Positions 14,899 through 28,959 of a stretch of 64,000 nt of DNA are shown here, piece after piece (position 1 is the stretch's first letter; every line of letters begins with the position of its first letter). The stretch is from Tubiluchus corallicola (lineage: Eukaryota > Animalia > Priapulida). The notes below the pieces were generated by a model that worked only from the letters and a program-made list of their open reading frames with translations, had not been told where the DNA came from and did no database searches. The stretch spans positions 62,001-126,000 of the forward strand of contig JAQGDQ010000032.1 in assembly GCA_030141605.1 (NCBI GenBank), in the 5' to 3' direction. The position numbers and the translations under genes were made by a program.

Positions 14899-17800
14899 CA
14901 GCCTTAAATAGCTCAGATAGGCAACATGCTGAGAATGTGTGGCTGAGTGCAACAATGAAAAATTAACAAAATTATGCATGTATGCGATGTAATAATTATG
15001 TAATGTAAGTCACTCTTTAAAAAAATCAATATGCATCTTCAATATTTTACATTATAAATCATTACAAACTGTGTGAAGTGCGTTTATGTAGTTTGCTTTT
15101 TAGCGCTCACATTTAAATTTCTATTGAACATAATTTTTCTCCTTTTCGTCTGATTACTGAAATTGGCTTATTATGTTAACTGCCTTAATGTCGCGCATGC
15201 ACACAGATGTAGACATTTAATATAGACAGGTTTCCATACATTACTGGTGCTTATCACAGTTTTTCAGTTTTACAATTTGTACATTTGACTGAAGAATGTT
15301 ACTGCTTGGTTTACCATCCAGTGAAAACGCTTAAATAATTTTCTCTTTAAGGTACATTTACGTTAATCTTTTCAATTGTACCATGAATGCGATAAACTGG
15401 ATTTCGATTTCATAGGCGGTGATAATAATACTTTCTTTTGTTTGTTGAGCTGTAAAATTAAATAAAAAACTAAGTGACCCTTGTAGAATGAATAACGTTT
15501 TTTCCCTATTTGAAGCTAAAGACACAGTGTAGTGCATGCGAAGGTAACAAATGCATAAGGAAAGCTTCTAGGGATAATAATGAAGTTCACGTCGTAATTT
15601 GGTTAAGATAGTTGATGCATATAAATAATAATGAGTATCTTACAAAAAATACAGGCTGTAGCCTCCTGATTCTGCTCCAAAGCAGTCGCCTGGCATAAAA
15701 CAAGATTATATTATAGAGACTGTCAGATACAGGAGTGATACAGGAGTTCCACTTGGGAAAAATTCTTGCTGACAGATCATCTGCGAGCAATTGCTTTACT
15801 TCTTAATAGTGCTAACAATATTATTTGAGAACAATTTGTAGGTGCGTTTAAATTTTTGAATTAATTTTTTCATAGTTTGGTATTCCATAATATCTGTAAT
15901 CTAAAGCGCTTGTAAAAAGATTGTCTATATTGCACAAATTCTTTTTTAGCAATGTTGTCGGTGCTGGCATGTTATTGGAGGGGGAGTTGGGCAGTGTACT
16001 TAGAATCTACAATAACTGGACTATTTCTGTGTTTAATTTTCTTGAGAGAGACTTCTTTTTTAAAGGAACGTAGGGGTATCATGTTATTAATGAACTCTAT
16101 GACATTTATTTTTTATTTGAATAGCATGAAGCGATGGAAGTTGTAATTTATGAACTTTTCTTTGCAACTTCTTTTGGAAAATTAGTCTGTTTAGTCTTTC
16201 TTTAATCTTTTACGAAACGCTCACAGTACAAATCTAGACAGTTTCGTTCCGTGATTAATAAAACAGTTTGATCTGCAGACGCCCAAAAGACGCATTAGTG
16301 TACAGGACCCCAGGCAGGACCTTAGGTTCAAAGTTTGCACAATATTTATGAACTCCAGGGCAGCAACAGGTACAGATCGCGACGCCTCAGCAAATCATGG
16401 CAATTATCACACAAAGGGTAATTTCGACTGATTTACTAGTTTTAGAAATGAAAACAATATTAGCTGTTTACACTTTAGCAGGCAAAAACTCGTTGGGTCA
16501 AATTGCTAGGTTAATGTTGATGGAAATGCTTCGGCAGTTTTTCTGCTGCGAAAGGGTTATAAGAAAACATTCCAAGAATAACTTCAACCACCTGTTGAGG
16601 ATAAGCGGCTGCGCTCACGCCACGTTTGTTTTCAGGTGTACAAAACGATAACCAAAAATTGCTCGGCAAATTTGCACATTCAATAAATTTGCTCGCATTA
16701 TAGAATGTCATATAGATAAACCATTTTTATCAAGTAATGAGGAGATTTACTTGCGTTTATGACAAACTCGAATGTGGTGGAAAATAGTCAGCATATTGTT
16801 ATAGATTACCATGTAGTGTAGTATACAGTATAGCACAGCATAAGTATATGTAGTGTAATGTAGAGCATAGAGCATAGAGAACTCATTTAACTGTTTTTGA
16901 TTTTGTTGATGTACCGACTTAAGTAACTGTGAGTTTCACATGTAAAACACTAATAAAGTACAGCACGCAGCATTTTTTATTATTAAAATGACTATTGATT
17001 GTGTTGTTTTATTATGACCAAAATAGTTTGCAGAATCACTTTGGAAATCATCTTTACTGTAATTGTAATGTGTGTAAATGTTATCTGGTATTATTATTAT
17101 TATGTTTTGTATATGGGTATGGGTATGTAATACGTACATATTCATGTGTAATAGTTTTTATAAATATAAAGCAATATTAATTTACAAACTCATGTATGCA
17201 TGTACAGTCTATACTTTTATTTGTTAGAAATACGATAAGCTATACCTGATCAAACATTTCCGCCTTGTTAAAAAGTATACAAACAGCAACAACAACGACG
17301 ACGACGACGACTAAGAAACTAAGAAATTAAACAAATTTAAAAAATATTTCCGCGTGCTAACAAAAAATCACTTATGTTAAGACTTGTCAAATGTGCATCA
17401 CTGCATCTCCTGCAATATACCTTTCCAGCGTAGTTGTTTATTGCCTGCTTAATTCATATTGCCACTTTAATAACATTTTTATTTTCTTATTGATGCAGCT
17501 TTAATAAAACTAAGAATTATGTGGGTTTGAGTTGTGTCAAAGCAGCCGAGCATATCAGCTGTGTTTGCTTGGTAGTGTTGTGGAAAGCTAGAACATCAAA
17601 TGAATATTTTAATTATGTGACATTAAAATAACGAAATCACGAACTTGACTCTAGACGTTAATCAAAATATTATTTTTATTTTAAATTGTATAATATTTCA
17701 CTAGTCTGACCCTTGACCCTTTAAAATTTGAATGCGAGGCTGCTGTAAATGGAGTGTGATATTTTTTGTACGTTTCGGCATCCCACAAACTGGGATTCAG

Positions 17801-17911
17801 TGCTCAGTGGCAGAGCCTATTTAATATAGAAGCTTGTGGCAGGAGTGAAACCTATCCCATTATCAAGGCTAATCCTTCAAGATAACACACCGAATCGACG
17901 TTGGCAGTGTC

Positions 17912-17966
17912 TGCATCAGCAGTAGCAACAGCAGCAGCAGCAGCAGCGACAGCAACAGCAGCAACA
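17912..17966. repeat. Degenerate (GCA)n trinucleotide repeat
   Basis: Directly visible. Confidence 0.85.
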
Positions 17967-18349
17967 TGGTTGTAAGTTTAGTGGTGGTAAGTGCCAGTAG
18001 GTACGGTATGTAGGTAGATGACTGTACCTACGTGATGGTAGTTACGACAGCAATTGATTCATTCTTCATTATCGTCATCGTCATCGCCATTCTCGTGTTC
18101 GTCATCGTCCTTATCATCAGGAGTGGCAGCAGTTTGTAAATTTACTGGAGATGTATTAGAAAATTTGAATGCCGTCTATTGCACATTTTTCTGAAAAAAA
18201 TCATCTTTGTGGTTGATTCTTGATGATACAGTATTATTGAAAGCTTTTCAGTTATATTTGTATATCGTGTGATGCCAATATGTTAATAAACTAATAATAT
18301 TAATTATATGCAGAGATCAGTATTTATAATTTAGTATAAACATTGTTTT

Positions 18350-18770
18350 TCAACTACGTAAATGATTACAGACAATAGTCACTATTTCTGAATTAGAGTT
18401 TTTACCGCCTACACAAAGAAAAGCTAAAGTTGGAGTCTTGCCCTCTAAATTAACTCGGGTATGCACTCTTGACATCAACATTCGGATAAGTTCCCATTTC
18501 AAGTTATGGTAGTTATGAGTTCCTTCTTTTAGTTTTTCTGCGCATTCAAGACTATTAACCCGCGTGTCCATAGATTCTTTACGCGATGACTGGTTTGAAC
18601 AGCTTTCTGTACGCACTTTTACACGAATATCATTACCACCTCAAGAGCACATTGTATCAAGTGTTTGCGTCTATTCTGATACCAGGCAATGTTTACGGAC
18701 AAGTCAATGTCCCAGACCCGGGGTTCCTCTTTTATTTGCTCCTATCTTGTTTATCACTTTCAGGCTCTCT
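18350..18770 (-). pseudogene. Highly decayed SGNH-esterase-like fragment, possibly a CR1/L2-type LINE ORF1 remnant
   Basis: Minus-strand frames give, in order and with stops/frameshifts, KIGANKRG, TLPGIRID, NVLL, GGNDIR and MLMSRVHTR. This resembles the IGDS..RG / PGARI / GxND / ISxxLPR blocks. Judged by eye only. Confidence 0.3.
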
Positions 18771-21700
18771 GCATTGTTTGTCGCTCCTTTTCACTCTCCC
18801 TCCTGACATCTTAAATTATATACGGCGTGGAAAATTGCTCCTTGGCAATGTGAATATTCTCCATTGTGTTTCACGTTCCCTTATTCGTTATCGCATTCCA
18901 ATTTGGGAAAGAGAAGCTAATCAGTTTAGAGACGTCTAAAATAAGCATTGTTAGTGCTTTTTATTCCCTTTTTCAAACAGCATGACATAGGATTCTTATA
19001 AAAGTGACATGCATGTAAATTTAACCAAACAACTTTTACTACTGTCTATTTAATCCATACCCAGGGTACTCTATACGATTTGCACTTGGTAGTATATAAG
19101 TACCATACCTATTCTTTAGACTGTTATATAGAAAGTGACGTTAATGTTTTAATGACCAAAGTTTCTCTAAAACTTAATTACGAAAAGACTGCCTAAGTTT
19201 ATGTATAGTTTTTCGAATATCAAAGCTTGCAAATAGCGCAAACTATTCAATTGCTCTTTCCTCTGATAGAGACTCCTCATAGGGACTCATATGTACAGAC
19301 TGATATGGACTCAATTTTATCAGTTAATGTTTCTTCAGACGGTACATTTTTTGCAACCATTGTGGAAGGTTACCCATGCTTTAAAATTTAAGTATGTAAG
19401 TACTGTTATAACCATTGACATTGGCGTGGGTTCTATTAAATTTAAAACGGTCTGAAATTGAGAATAAATTCGGCGGTCACGTGTTTATTTTCTTTAGTCA
19501 AATGAATCATTACTTGAATTGTTTCCTGCAAGGGTGCTGCTTTTTTGAACTTACATGCTATATAACTGTGAACAATTTTGTGTTCCTTAAACGTAATTTT
19601 CTAGCATTATGACTTTGTTGTTTGCCATGAATTTAGTAGGTTGGAGGTGTTAGCATTATGGGTAGATTTTCGAACAGGAAATCGCTATACAAGAATTTTT
19701 TGCACTAACTATTATAATAGTCACATTTTGCCATTGACCGCGTTTTTTGGAGGGAAGCTCAGGGAACCCAAACCCCAGAATTGGTTTTCATTAATGGTCA
19801 ACAAGCGTGAACTTCGACGCCTTTTTAATACCCAAGGCGTAATGCGAATACAATTCATTTGTAAATGATTTTGATATAAATACTGATAATCGTTTTAGAA
19901 AATGCTTTAAAAATTAAATCAGATTAAAAATTAATATCATTCATGTATATATTTGCAAGAATACTTTTGTGTTCATTTGATCTTTTTCTGAAAGCGGTGA
20001 ACATACTATCTTGCACCACAGGCTGAAATATTAATGATCATATATTCAAAGTACGCTTGCAAGATGTAGACCTAAAAAGAAAACTTTTTAATAGTAAAGT
20101 GGCCAGTAACTTGCCTTGTTTTAGAAAGAGCCTAGCATAATTTTCGAGGTTTTATTGTACACATTTATGACATTTGAAAAATTTTCTAAGGATTCTCTCT
20201 AATATTCTCTCACGGAGAACTCTAAAATTAGCAGAAGTCTTGTCTGAGTATTTGAATTCAGAGTGACAGGGAAGCTATATATACTGTCCATTTTAAACTA
20301 TACAAATTTTCAAAATACGCGTGTTATTTAAATATAATTACGGTTATTTTGCTAATAACAGATTTGCCCTTTTATCACACACTGCGGTCAGTTTTTTTCC
20401 TTTTCTTAATTGTATAACCATACATAAAAAGCTCGCACACAGGCCCATGTCGTTGTCCCCGTTTGTTTAGTGTCACTGTTCAAAATAATATAATATCAAC
20501 TAACTGTGGTCTTGCAGGTGTGGCTAAACTGGTAATTTTTTTGGTAAAGTTTTCTAATTGTTTATGGGAAGAAAATTTTTCAAGGGGAAGAGGGTTGGTG
20601 CTTAAATCAGTATGCCCATATCTAGCTATGTGACCATATCTCGTCCATAAAGCATCTCATCATAAACATGTTATCGCAGACATCATCGTCGTCGTCATCG
20701 TAGCCATAGTCATTATTTTCACGTTGTTGTTATTGTGGTCATCGTTGTCCCACAGTTGTCATCATTATAATTTTTTCTGAGCAAATGTCAGTCGATCCAC
20801 CCCTTCTTCTACATTTCCGCGAGTCCAGTCGTTTGTGTAATCTTTTTTTTTCACAAAAAATCCAGCTGTGACCCACACAGTCCATTTGCCAGCCTGTGAT
20901 TATGCTACAACTCGCAGACAAGAGCGGGCATAGAAATCTCCTCTGCGTATAATAGTCGGGACAAATGCGAAGTGGCCGGGTGCCTCTACAAGCGGACCAC
21001 ATTTCTTTGGAAATCATACACGCAAGGTTTTTTATGCTCGTTTAAGCCGCAGTTGTGTCGGCGGTGGCTACCTTTTATATAATGTTAGGGATTTTTCGTA
21101 CAAAACGTCTTTGTATGTTGCGCGATGGCTTGTCAGTATTATAATCTCCATCTCTGCACGGCGGGAAATTCGGGTTGTTCTATGCACGGATAGCTGTTCA
21201 AGTGTCCTAAACTAATGGGGATACAATCTGAAGTATGAATGTTGGGTCGGAGTCGCCATTTTTCATCTTTTTATGCATACCGAAGATAAAAATGTCTTAA
21301 TAGTGATACAGTTTTGTAGGTATTTTTTGCATCTCCTTCTTTTAAGTTCTTGATTATTAAAGGTTTGACCACATCTGCTTATTTTGATACCGCAAAGTGC
21401 AAGCGCTGTGGTTTCATAATTTTATTGCACTGTTTTACCAGTGACTTACACTCTTAAGCTTATTAATGCCGAAAATTGAAAATTCGTGCTCGTGAGATTA
21501 TGGTACGATAGACTACGTACGCCCAAACTCCCAACTTTTTGCTTTGTAATTATTCACTCTGTCTTTAGAATATCAAATTTTGTTTACACGTATTCCAAAA
21601 ACTTGCTTATGCAATAACAGTAAATCACTGAAAAGTCTGACAGCTCCACTGACGATACATAATGTAATAAACTGAGTGATAGACTGAACAGCAGTACGGG

Positions 21701-22390
21701 TTGTCCCGCGCGTTCCCTCAGGGGTGAATATTGTGTAAGAGGATATATAAGTGACAGTATGACAATGGCAGTCAGCCTCCCGTACAATTAGATAAACATA
21801 ATGGCGGTCTGGGGCTTCTTCTTTACGTTCATTATTCAATTGAGCATAAAATCATCATCGTCCTCAAATATGGAATCTTTTTCCACCGCCTAAATTGTAA
21901 TGCTACACGAAAATTATCACGAAATTGATAAACTTCAAAATTTGTATATGCATCATTATATACTTTGAGCAGTAATAATGTTAGTTTTCTATTGACTTTT
22001 TAGTAACCTACACATCTGGTTTTGGATGCGCCCTTGTGGAAGTAAATTATAATTTGCGGTTAGCTTGACCATTTGCTTTATGGCTAATCAAGTCATTGTG
22101 GATCAAAACAGATCGAATTACAACATGTTTTAGGAGTCACATAAATGAACCTAAACCGTGGTGCCTGCTCGTACATAATCAAGCCTATGGGGGCAAATGC
22201 GCTGCTGTAGGCTTTTTATGTTTGTATAGAGAAAGGCCTTTCTTCAAGTTTCTATTGTGCATGTGGCATTTTAGTCCTTGTCTGCCTCGTTATGAACACG
22301 AAAAATAACCTTTAGTCAGCAGCCGTGTTGATTTCAGGTGATAACTAGTTACAATTGCGATAATTCACAATAAAAAGCTGATTTTTTTGC

Positions 22391-22454
22391 ATGTATGATT
22401 ACTATATTACAGTACATGACATATAGTATGTATAATTACTATAGTACAGTACAT
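22391..22454. repeat. Short imperfect direct repeat, 37-bp period
   Basis: atgtat(g/a)attactata(t/g)tacagtacat occurs at 22391 and 22428. Confidence 0.75.
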
Positions 22455-23344
22455 ATTTGTACCAAGCACACGTGTAAAAAAAGAATACTTTTAATACTGA
22501 GGAAAACACTTTTGTATGCCTGGAGACATTCATTTGCAATTTGATGAGCCACATGGCTTCATAATGATTTCCACCTCAAAACTAGAACACGATTAGTTGT
22601 CATGTCTGCATGGCTTCCCGGTCGTTTATTTCCGCCAGTTCAGCAATTACTATTGTGCGAAAGAGTTACGATTGACCCTTAATCGAATCAGATACCAAGT
22701 CACGTGATGGGCAAACTTGATTACATCGGTATATTAATGAAAGTGAATGGTTAATGAGAGACGTAAAGAAAGAAATCATTCCAGAGATGCTGTCATTTGC
22801 TTGCATGCGTGCTTTATTATAGACCTTTGTAATAATTAGTCATCTGTGTAGGTCTGTTCCATTAATTTTAGTAATGCATGAAAGAAGGTCGTTTATATGT
22901 TTTTCAAAAATTGGTTTAAATTGCGACGTTAAATATGCATAATATTGAAATCTTTATTATTTTATTATACGACCGTTCACACAATTTTATTCATAACAAG
23001 CCAATTAATAATTTAATGTAAGTTACATTTTTAGCTATTATTGAGGCGAATTTTGTAGTTAAAAATAATTTTGTGGCAGACGTAAAATCGGCTTTAAAAA
23101 CAGCTTATTATTCTGTTTTATTTGTTTTAGGGTTTTTATACATTAGTGAATGAGATTTTATATACAGAAATGGATTAATGTATAAAATATATAAATACCT
23201 GTGTAAACCACATCTTTCTTGTTATAGGCTTACTTTGAGAATAAGTTTCATAGTGACGTCCTGTAATAATTATTACAAATTGAATTTACAAATGACTTTT
23301 GTTGTTTTTTGCATGTTTATATTATATTTAATTATGTTACAGCA

Positions 23345-23885
23345 TATTATATTGTATCGTATCGTATGGTGTCGTATCATACTATACTATGCTATGCTAT
23401 GCTATACTATGCTATACTATACTATACTATACTATACTATACTATACTATACTATACTATACTGTACTGTACTGTACTGTACTGTACTGTACTGTACTGT
23501 ACTGTACTGTACTGTACTGTACTGTACTGTACTGTACTGTACTGTACTGTACTGTACTGTACTGTACTGCACTGCACTGCACTGCACTGCACTGCACTGC
23601 ACTGCACTGCACTGCACTGCACTGCACTGCACTGCACTGCACTGCACTGCACTGCACTGCACTGTACTGTACTGTACTATACTATACTATACTATACTAT
23701 ACTATACTATACTATACTATACTATACTATACTATACTATACTATACTATACTATACTATACTATACTATACTATACTATACTATGCTATGTTATGCTGT
23801 GCTACGCTACACTACACTACCCTACACTACACTACGCTACACTACACTACACTACATTACACTACACTACATTATATTATATTAT
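23345..23885. repeat. Compound pentanucleotide microsatellite (ACTAT/ACTGT/ACTGC/ACTAC)
   Basis: Directly visible; it explains the YYTIL/YCTVL/HCTAL ORFs. Confidence 0.97.
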
Positions 23886-26800
23886 GCTTACATGTGAGAA
23901 TGAGATATTTAGCCGTTGACTGCGTTGTTGTTCTTTCATTAACGGATTCAATTATGACGGCATTTGTGTGTTAGCCTGTTGCATTCTGGAATGTTATACT
24001 CACATGAACGTGAGTGTTAATGAAATTTTGAAAACGCAAGGGTACAAAAAATTTGAAAGAAAAGAATTTACTACCTTATTTGTTTGCAATGAGTGAAACG
24101 AATTGCACATTGACCTCCATAAAGCAATTGTTCTATTGACAAGGAGTATTTATATTAAACAAATAGATAATTTAATTATCTAAAGTTTTAAAACTTTTAA
24201 AGCTATTACGAATTTTGACTTCTGTGTATGCTTTGGTATTGATATGCACGTCTCTTACTCATCACCCTCTCTGCAAAGAAGTTCCGCAAACAGAATTTTT
24301 CTTGCCAAGCTCATTGCAGTTTTCAATAATTAAATCAGAACCGTGATGAAGGGGTTATGCTTGGTTCCTTTCGAGTGGAATGATATTATTAGAAGTCTCG
24401 GTTATGCATGCACCGAATAGCAATAAATGCACGTAGCATCTCGACTCGAACTTGTTAAGTTGAAGAGCATTCGAGTGTGGATGCTTGTCAACAGTGTGAT
24501 TGCGAATCTGTGATTGGGCATTAACGATGTTTGCGCGAGCGCGCAGAAATAGGAGATGATGTAATTGTTAAATTGTTGGGAGTATTTAAAAAACGGCCAA
24601 ATTATTTTAAAATGCAGTAAAAGATTTAATAAAGATCAGGGGAGTTATAAATAAAGGCGGAATATCATCCAATTAGCCTCCAACCTTTCAGAGAATTCTT
24701 ACTGCACTTAAATATATGTAGTCACTTGAAAATCAAATTACTTAATAAATGAACAGAAAATTTGCATCACTGTTCATTTATCAGTTAAGATAGTACAATG
24801 AAATTTGACATGAGTGAAACACATAAATTACTTACTTTTTCGCAAGGAAAGAGAGAGCAGACAAATTAGTCATAGGGCCTAATATTATGTGGGTCTTAAT
24901 TATTTTGACGTGATTTCCTTTTACAACTCGAAAAGAAATTAAATTAAGAAATAAATTGCATCAAGTGCATTTAGAATGACCAGTCGCCTTGGAAAGTTCA
25001 TAAGTATGATATCTACACAAATACAAAAATAGGATTTTTATCCCAAATTTTACTCTTCTTAATTTACATAATTTCGCCTAATATGTATTTTAACTCAATG
25101 CAAGCTGGTCTATGCAAACCTTATAATATGCATTCAGAGCTTCTTTCACTATCCAATTAATAACCGTTTGCCAAGCGAGGCAGCTGAAACTCACCAGTAT
25201 TAATACTTTAAGAGGAGATAATTGTCGTTTTTTGCTGATGCTTTTTCTAATCTTTCCATATTATCCCTTTTAGAAAACCCCTTATATATATATATATAGA
25301 TAGATAGATTAATCAGACTGGTGTAGCGTAAATTAGTCACTACCCGAGAGGTTACTTGTTGAAAAAATATCCCAATAATCCGCAACAGGCATCCATGTAA
25401 GAAGCAAAAGTGAGGAAGGGATAATTGTGTCAGCTAATTAAAGAAATATAGTCACAGTCGCAGCTTAATCATTAGATCGCTTAACTATGTAAAAAATTTC
25501 TACCACTGAAACTACGAGATTATTCAATAGACGTCACTATTATTAGGGACGGTGATCTCAGTAATAAATTTCATGTAAACAAATAAATTATTTGTTCTTT
25601 TATTTACAATTTCAGAACAAAAGAAGTAAACAAGTAAATATATGTTGAAATTCTTATTATTTAAGTTACATAAAGAATTCACTCAACCACCAACATTAGT
25701 GCATAAAAAGTTCGCTTTCGCGCATTTTATACCAGCTTTTTTTGTATACCTGAAGATGAAGATGAATAACTTTTACTGCCAAATTAAAATCAAAGCTAAA
25801 ATGTGCCCAATATATATAAAAAGTCTACATGTATGTGATCTATTTTTCTATTTTTAATATAATATGCAGTTTGTCAAATACATGTATATTGTAAAAATTG
25901 AGCCATAAGCGTGTAATTAAAAAAAGTCAAAATATAATTACCGCACTAATTAATACAGCTCAATAATTGAATAAAAGCATTTTGTGAGAACGTCTGAGTG
26001 TGACTTTATTGGCTTCACATGGCGAGACTTATAGATGGTCACGTGAGATATGCGGCTTGGTGAATTTTGTTAAGATTATCTGGCTTCCTCAGGTGGGCTT
26101 CGTGTATTACGCAAGACACCTATTCATCAAGACGGAAGAATAGCTATTGTTAAATCAGCTTCTCATAAGCAGAGTCAGCTTCCAACCGCCTTCTTATTCA
26201 GCTAACTAATAATTTGCTTTTTCCTCAAAAGAGAGGTTGTGAATAAGTCCCTCCTACCCCGTTGTCACCTCAACTCTGCGCTCAGTAATGAACTGAGATG
26301 TGCGGGAAAATTGTAAGCGTTTCTCGCTGTTGAATCTCTTTCATCTATTGATACGAGCTCAGCTAATTTTCCGTAGCGCGGCCTAGGACTCCGCGGCTAA
26401 TTAAGAAAATATTAATAATCCTTTTCAGAAGGACAGAAGTGACATTTTAGAGGGCGGAGTTGCATGGCTGCCGAGTTCGACAAATTAACTTTCAGTGTGG
26501 CGTTTCAGAATTTGGTCAGTTTCATTCGACCAAAGGCGTTAGGCTTATTTACTGAAAGCTGTAGGTGCACACATGGTAACATCATATAGGTCTATGTGGC
26601 ACAATCCTAGCACATACCCTGTCAAAGCGCCACCTCTCTAATCCTGAATCTGAGTACATCATTTTGAGAGAGTAGGTTCTGTAATCTTCTGTGTTCTAAT
26701 GTGCTTTTCACACAGATCTGACTTTCATAAAGACCTATGAAGCACTAAAAGATACCTACGGCTGAGCATTTTAGTGCAAGTTATATAAAAAGGCAAAAAC

Positions 26801-28959
26801 TATAGCCATCCCATTCGATGCCAAGTATTTTAAGCAGCCTATAATATTTATTTATTATTTATTCGCACAAAAATATACATTGACATAACACAGGCGCAGC
26901 ATATCAGTAATATTTACAAATATAATTACAGTGTAGTTACATATTTACGATACATTACACACAAAATAATACCACTTAAAGAAGCAAAGATTTTAAAAAT
27001 TGTATTTAAAAACGCCATAAAATTATTTGCACCATCAAGTCTTCAGCTGCTCTCTGACAGTAACATACTCAGATAGGGTTGTAGTGTCCTACCTTTTTTG
27101 CAAATGGTTTTATCATGAGCTGTCATGAAATTAGCCAAGAAAAATGAATAATGATAAAATTTTCCTATGCTAACGCTGCGAAAGCAAAAATTACGTTTTA
27201 GATTCCAAATATATCTACAAATTGCAACGTAATGAACCCATAAAAGATTTCGTGAAATAAAAATAATGGCGACGTTTCACTCCCATGTCGCCTTTTAGAC
27301 GCCAAATATCAGAAATTTTTAACCGTTTTATCATTGACATTTTGATGGTTCTCCTCAACGTTTCCAGATAGGTCACTGTGTCATCTTCATTGCTTTATAT
27401 ATTTCTGCGCAGCAGACGTGTGTATAATGCAGCAAATGTAAATGTTAATTGGGACCAGGGCAATGTTGAAGATAGGTGTTTAACGTATGCCTGCTTGAAC
27501 AAATAGGGCAACTTTCATTTTCGGAAATAGTTTGTAACATAATGATCTGTTAATAGCACCCTTGTAGTGAAAGCGAAAATGAATGCGTTGTACTAATTAT
27601 AGCCCACATGACTGTGGCTTATGCTATATAAAATTAAACTTATCCTATTGAAACTTAGTGTAATTTTTCATGACCGTAATTGTTACCGATTAAAGCTTCC
27701 AGTGAATTATCCTAATCGCCTGCGTGATCTTTACTGATCTTTGTTCCTGTAAGAAAATAGGCCGAAAGTTGCTGAATTATAGAAAAATATTTTAGAATAA
27801 ACTATACTTACTTACACAACTTCAACTTCAAATTTTTGAAAGACTACGCTTTTCAACACTTTAATATTTTTATTTGAACTTCCTTTATTTAGACTTACTG
27901 GCAAAATTTTGTGTAGTTTACTGTCATCATCATAAAGATATTACACTTTAAGTTATACTGCTAAATAGTGAGTTAAATTGCAGCCTAATTTGTGCAAGAA
28001 GCCATTGCAAAAATAATTACCCGTAGATGGAAAATTTTCATGTTTTTTTGTGTGAAGATGAAAAGCGATTGACAATAATAATAACCCGCACAATCGCATC
28101 TGGGCCACACATGTATGCCTGTGACTCATATTGCGCCCGACCTTTAATAAATCCATCGATTTTCACAAATAAATACCAACTGATGAGATTAAATGCATTT
28201 CGTGGCGTGAATATTAATGAAGCCATATTAAGTGGTGAAAGAGTTAAGGATGTTGAAGCCACAAAGGTGACTGTGCTTGCATGAATGCGCACAGACATTT
28301 AGATAAGGAAATTAGTTGAAATTACCGCTGTAGGATTGTAAGGCAAAGGTGTCACCACAGTTTTCACGAAAAACGGGAAAAAGCAAAGCGAGTGGTTTTT
28401 TTACGTATCAAGTTTTTATATGAAAAGTACACTCCACGCTTCTTTTACACGAGGTAATAAGCACTAAAGAAAAAAAACTATTGCAAAACTATTGCGAAAA
28501 ATACATAAATTTGTTCCTTGAGTGATTTGCAAGATCTTCTTCAAGGCGGAAATGGACTAAATTGTTAAATACATAGTATACTCACAATCAAACATATTTC
28601 TTCTTTAGAAAGATATTGCCTGTTATTTTTTATGTGGAATTATTAAATACTTTTTGCAGAACAACCAAAATTAATTAGCTGTTAATTAACGGTTAAGAAA
28701 ATCAGAGTATAGACTATCACTTGTCCTTGAGAGTCGATAAATAATAGAAACTTTGTTTATAACGAAAATGTATTTCCTAATTGTTTGTTGTGGTGACTGT
28801 GTGTGACTAGTTATTTATATTTTTATGAAATATAAGTATACGCTTAGCACGAAAAGTATTGAGAGCGTAATCATTATTCTGATTTCATTCTAATGTTATC
28901 TAAGAAGCCTTGTAACAGATTACATAAGGCAGATAAGAACTTGTGATGTTTTATCAGTG

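Noticed and set aside
15600-16140. Possible decayed LINE RT C-terminus on the minus strand (YRQSFYKR...LWN)
   Set aside because: The similarity is too short and too interrupted to support without a profile search.
23178-23974. ORFs up to 239 aa on both strands (YYTIL/HCTAL/QYSTV)
   Set aside because: They come from a stop-free pentamer repeat and are not a gene.
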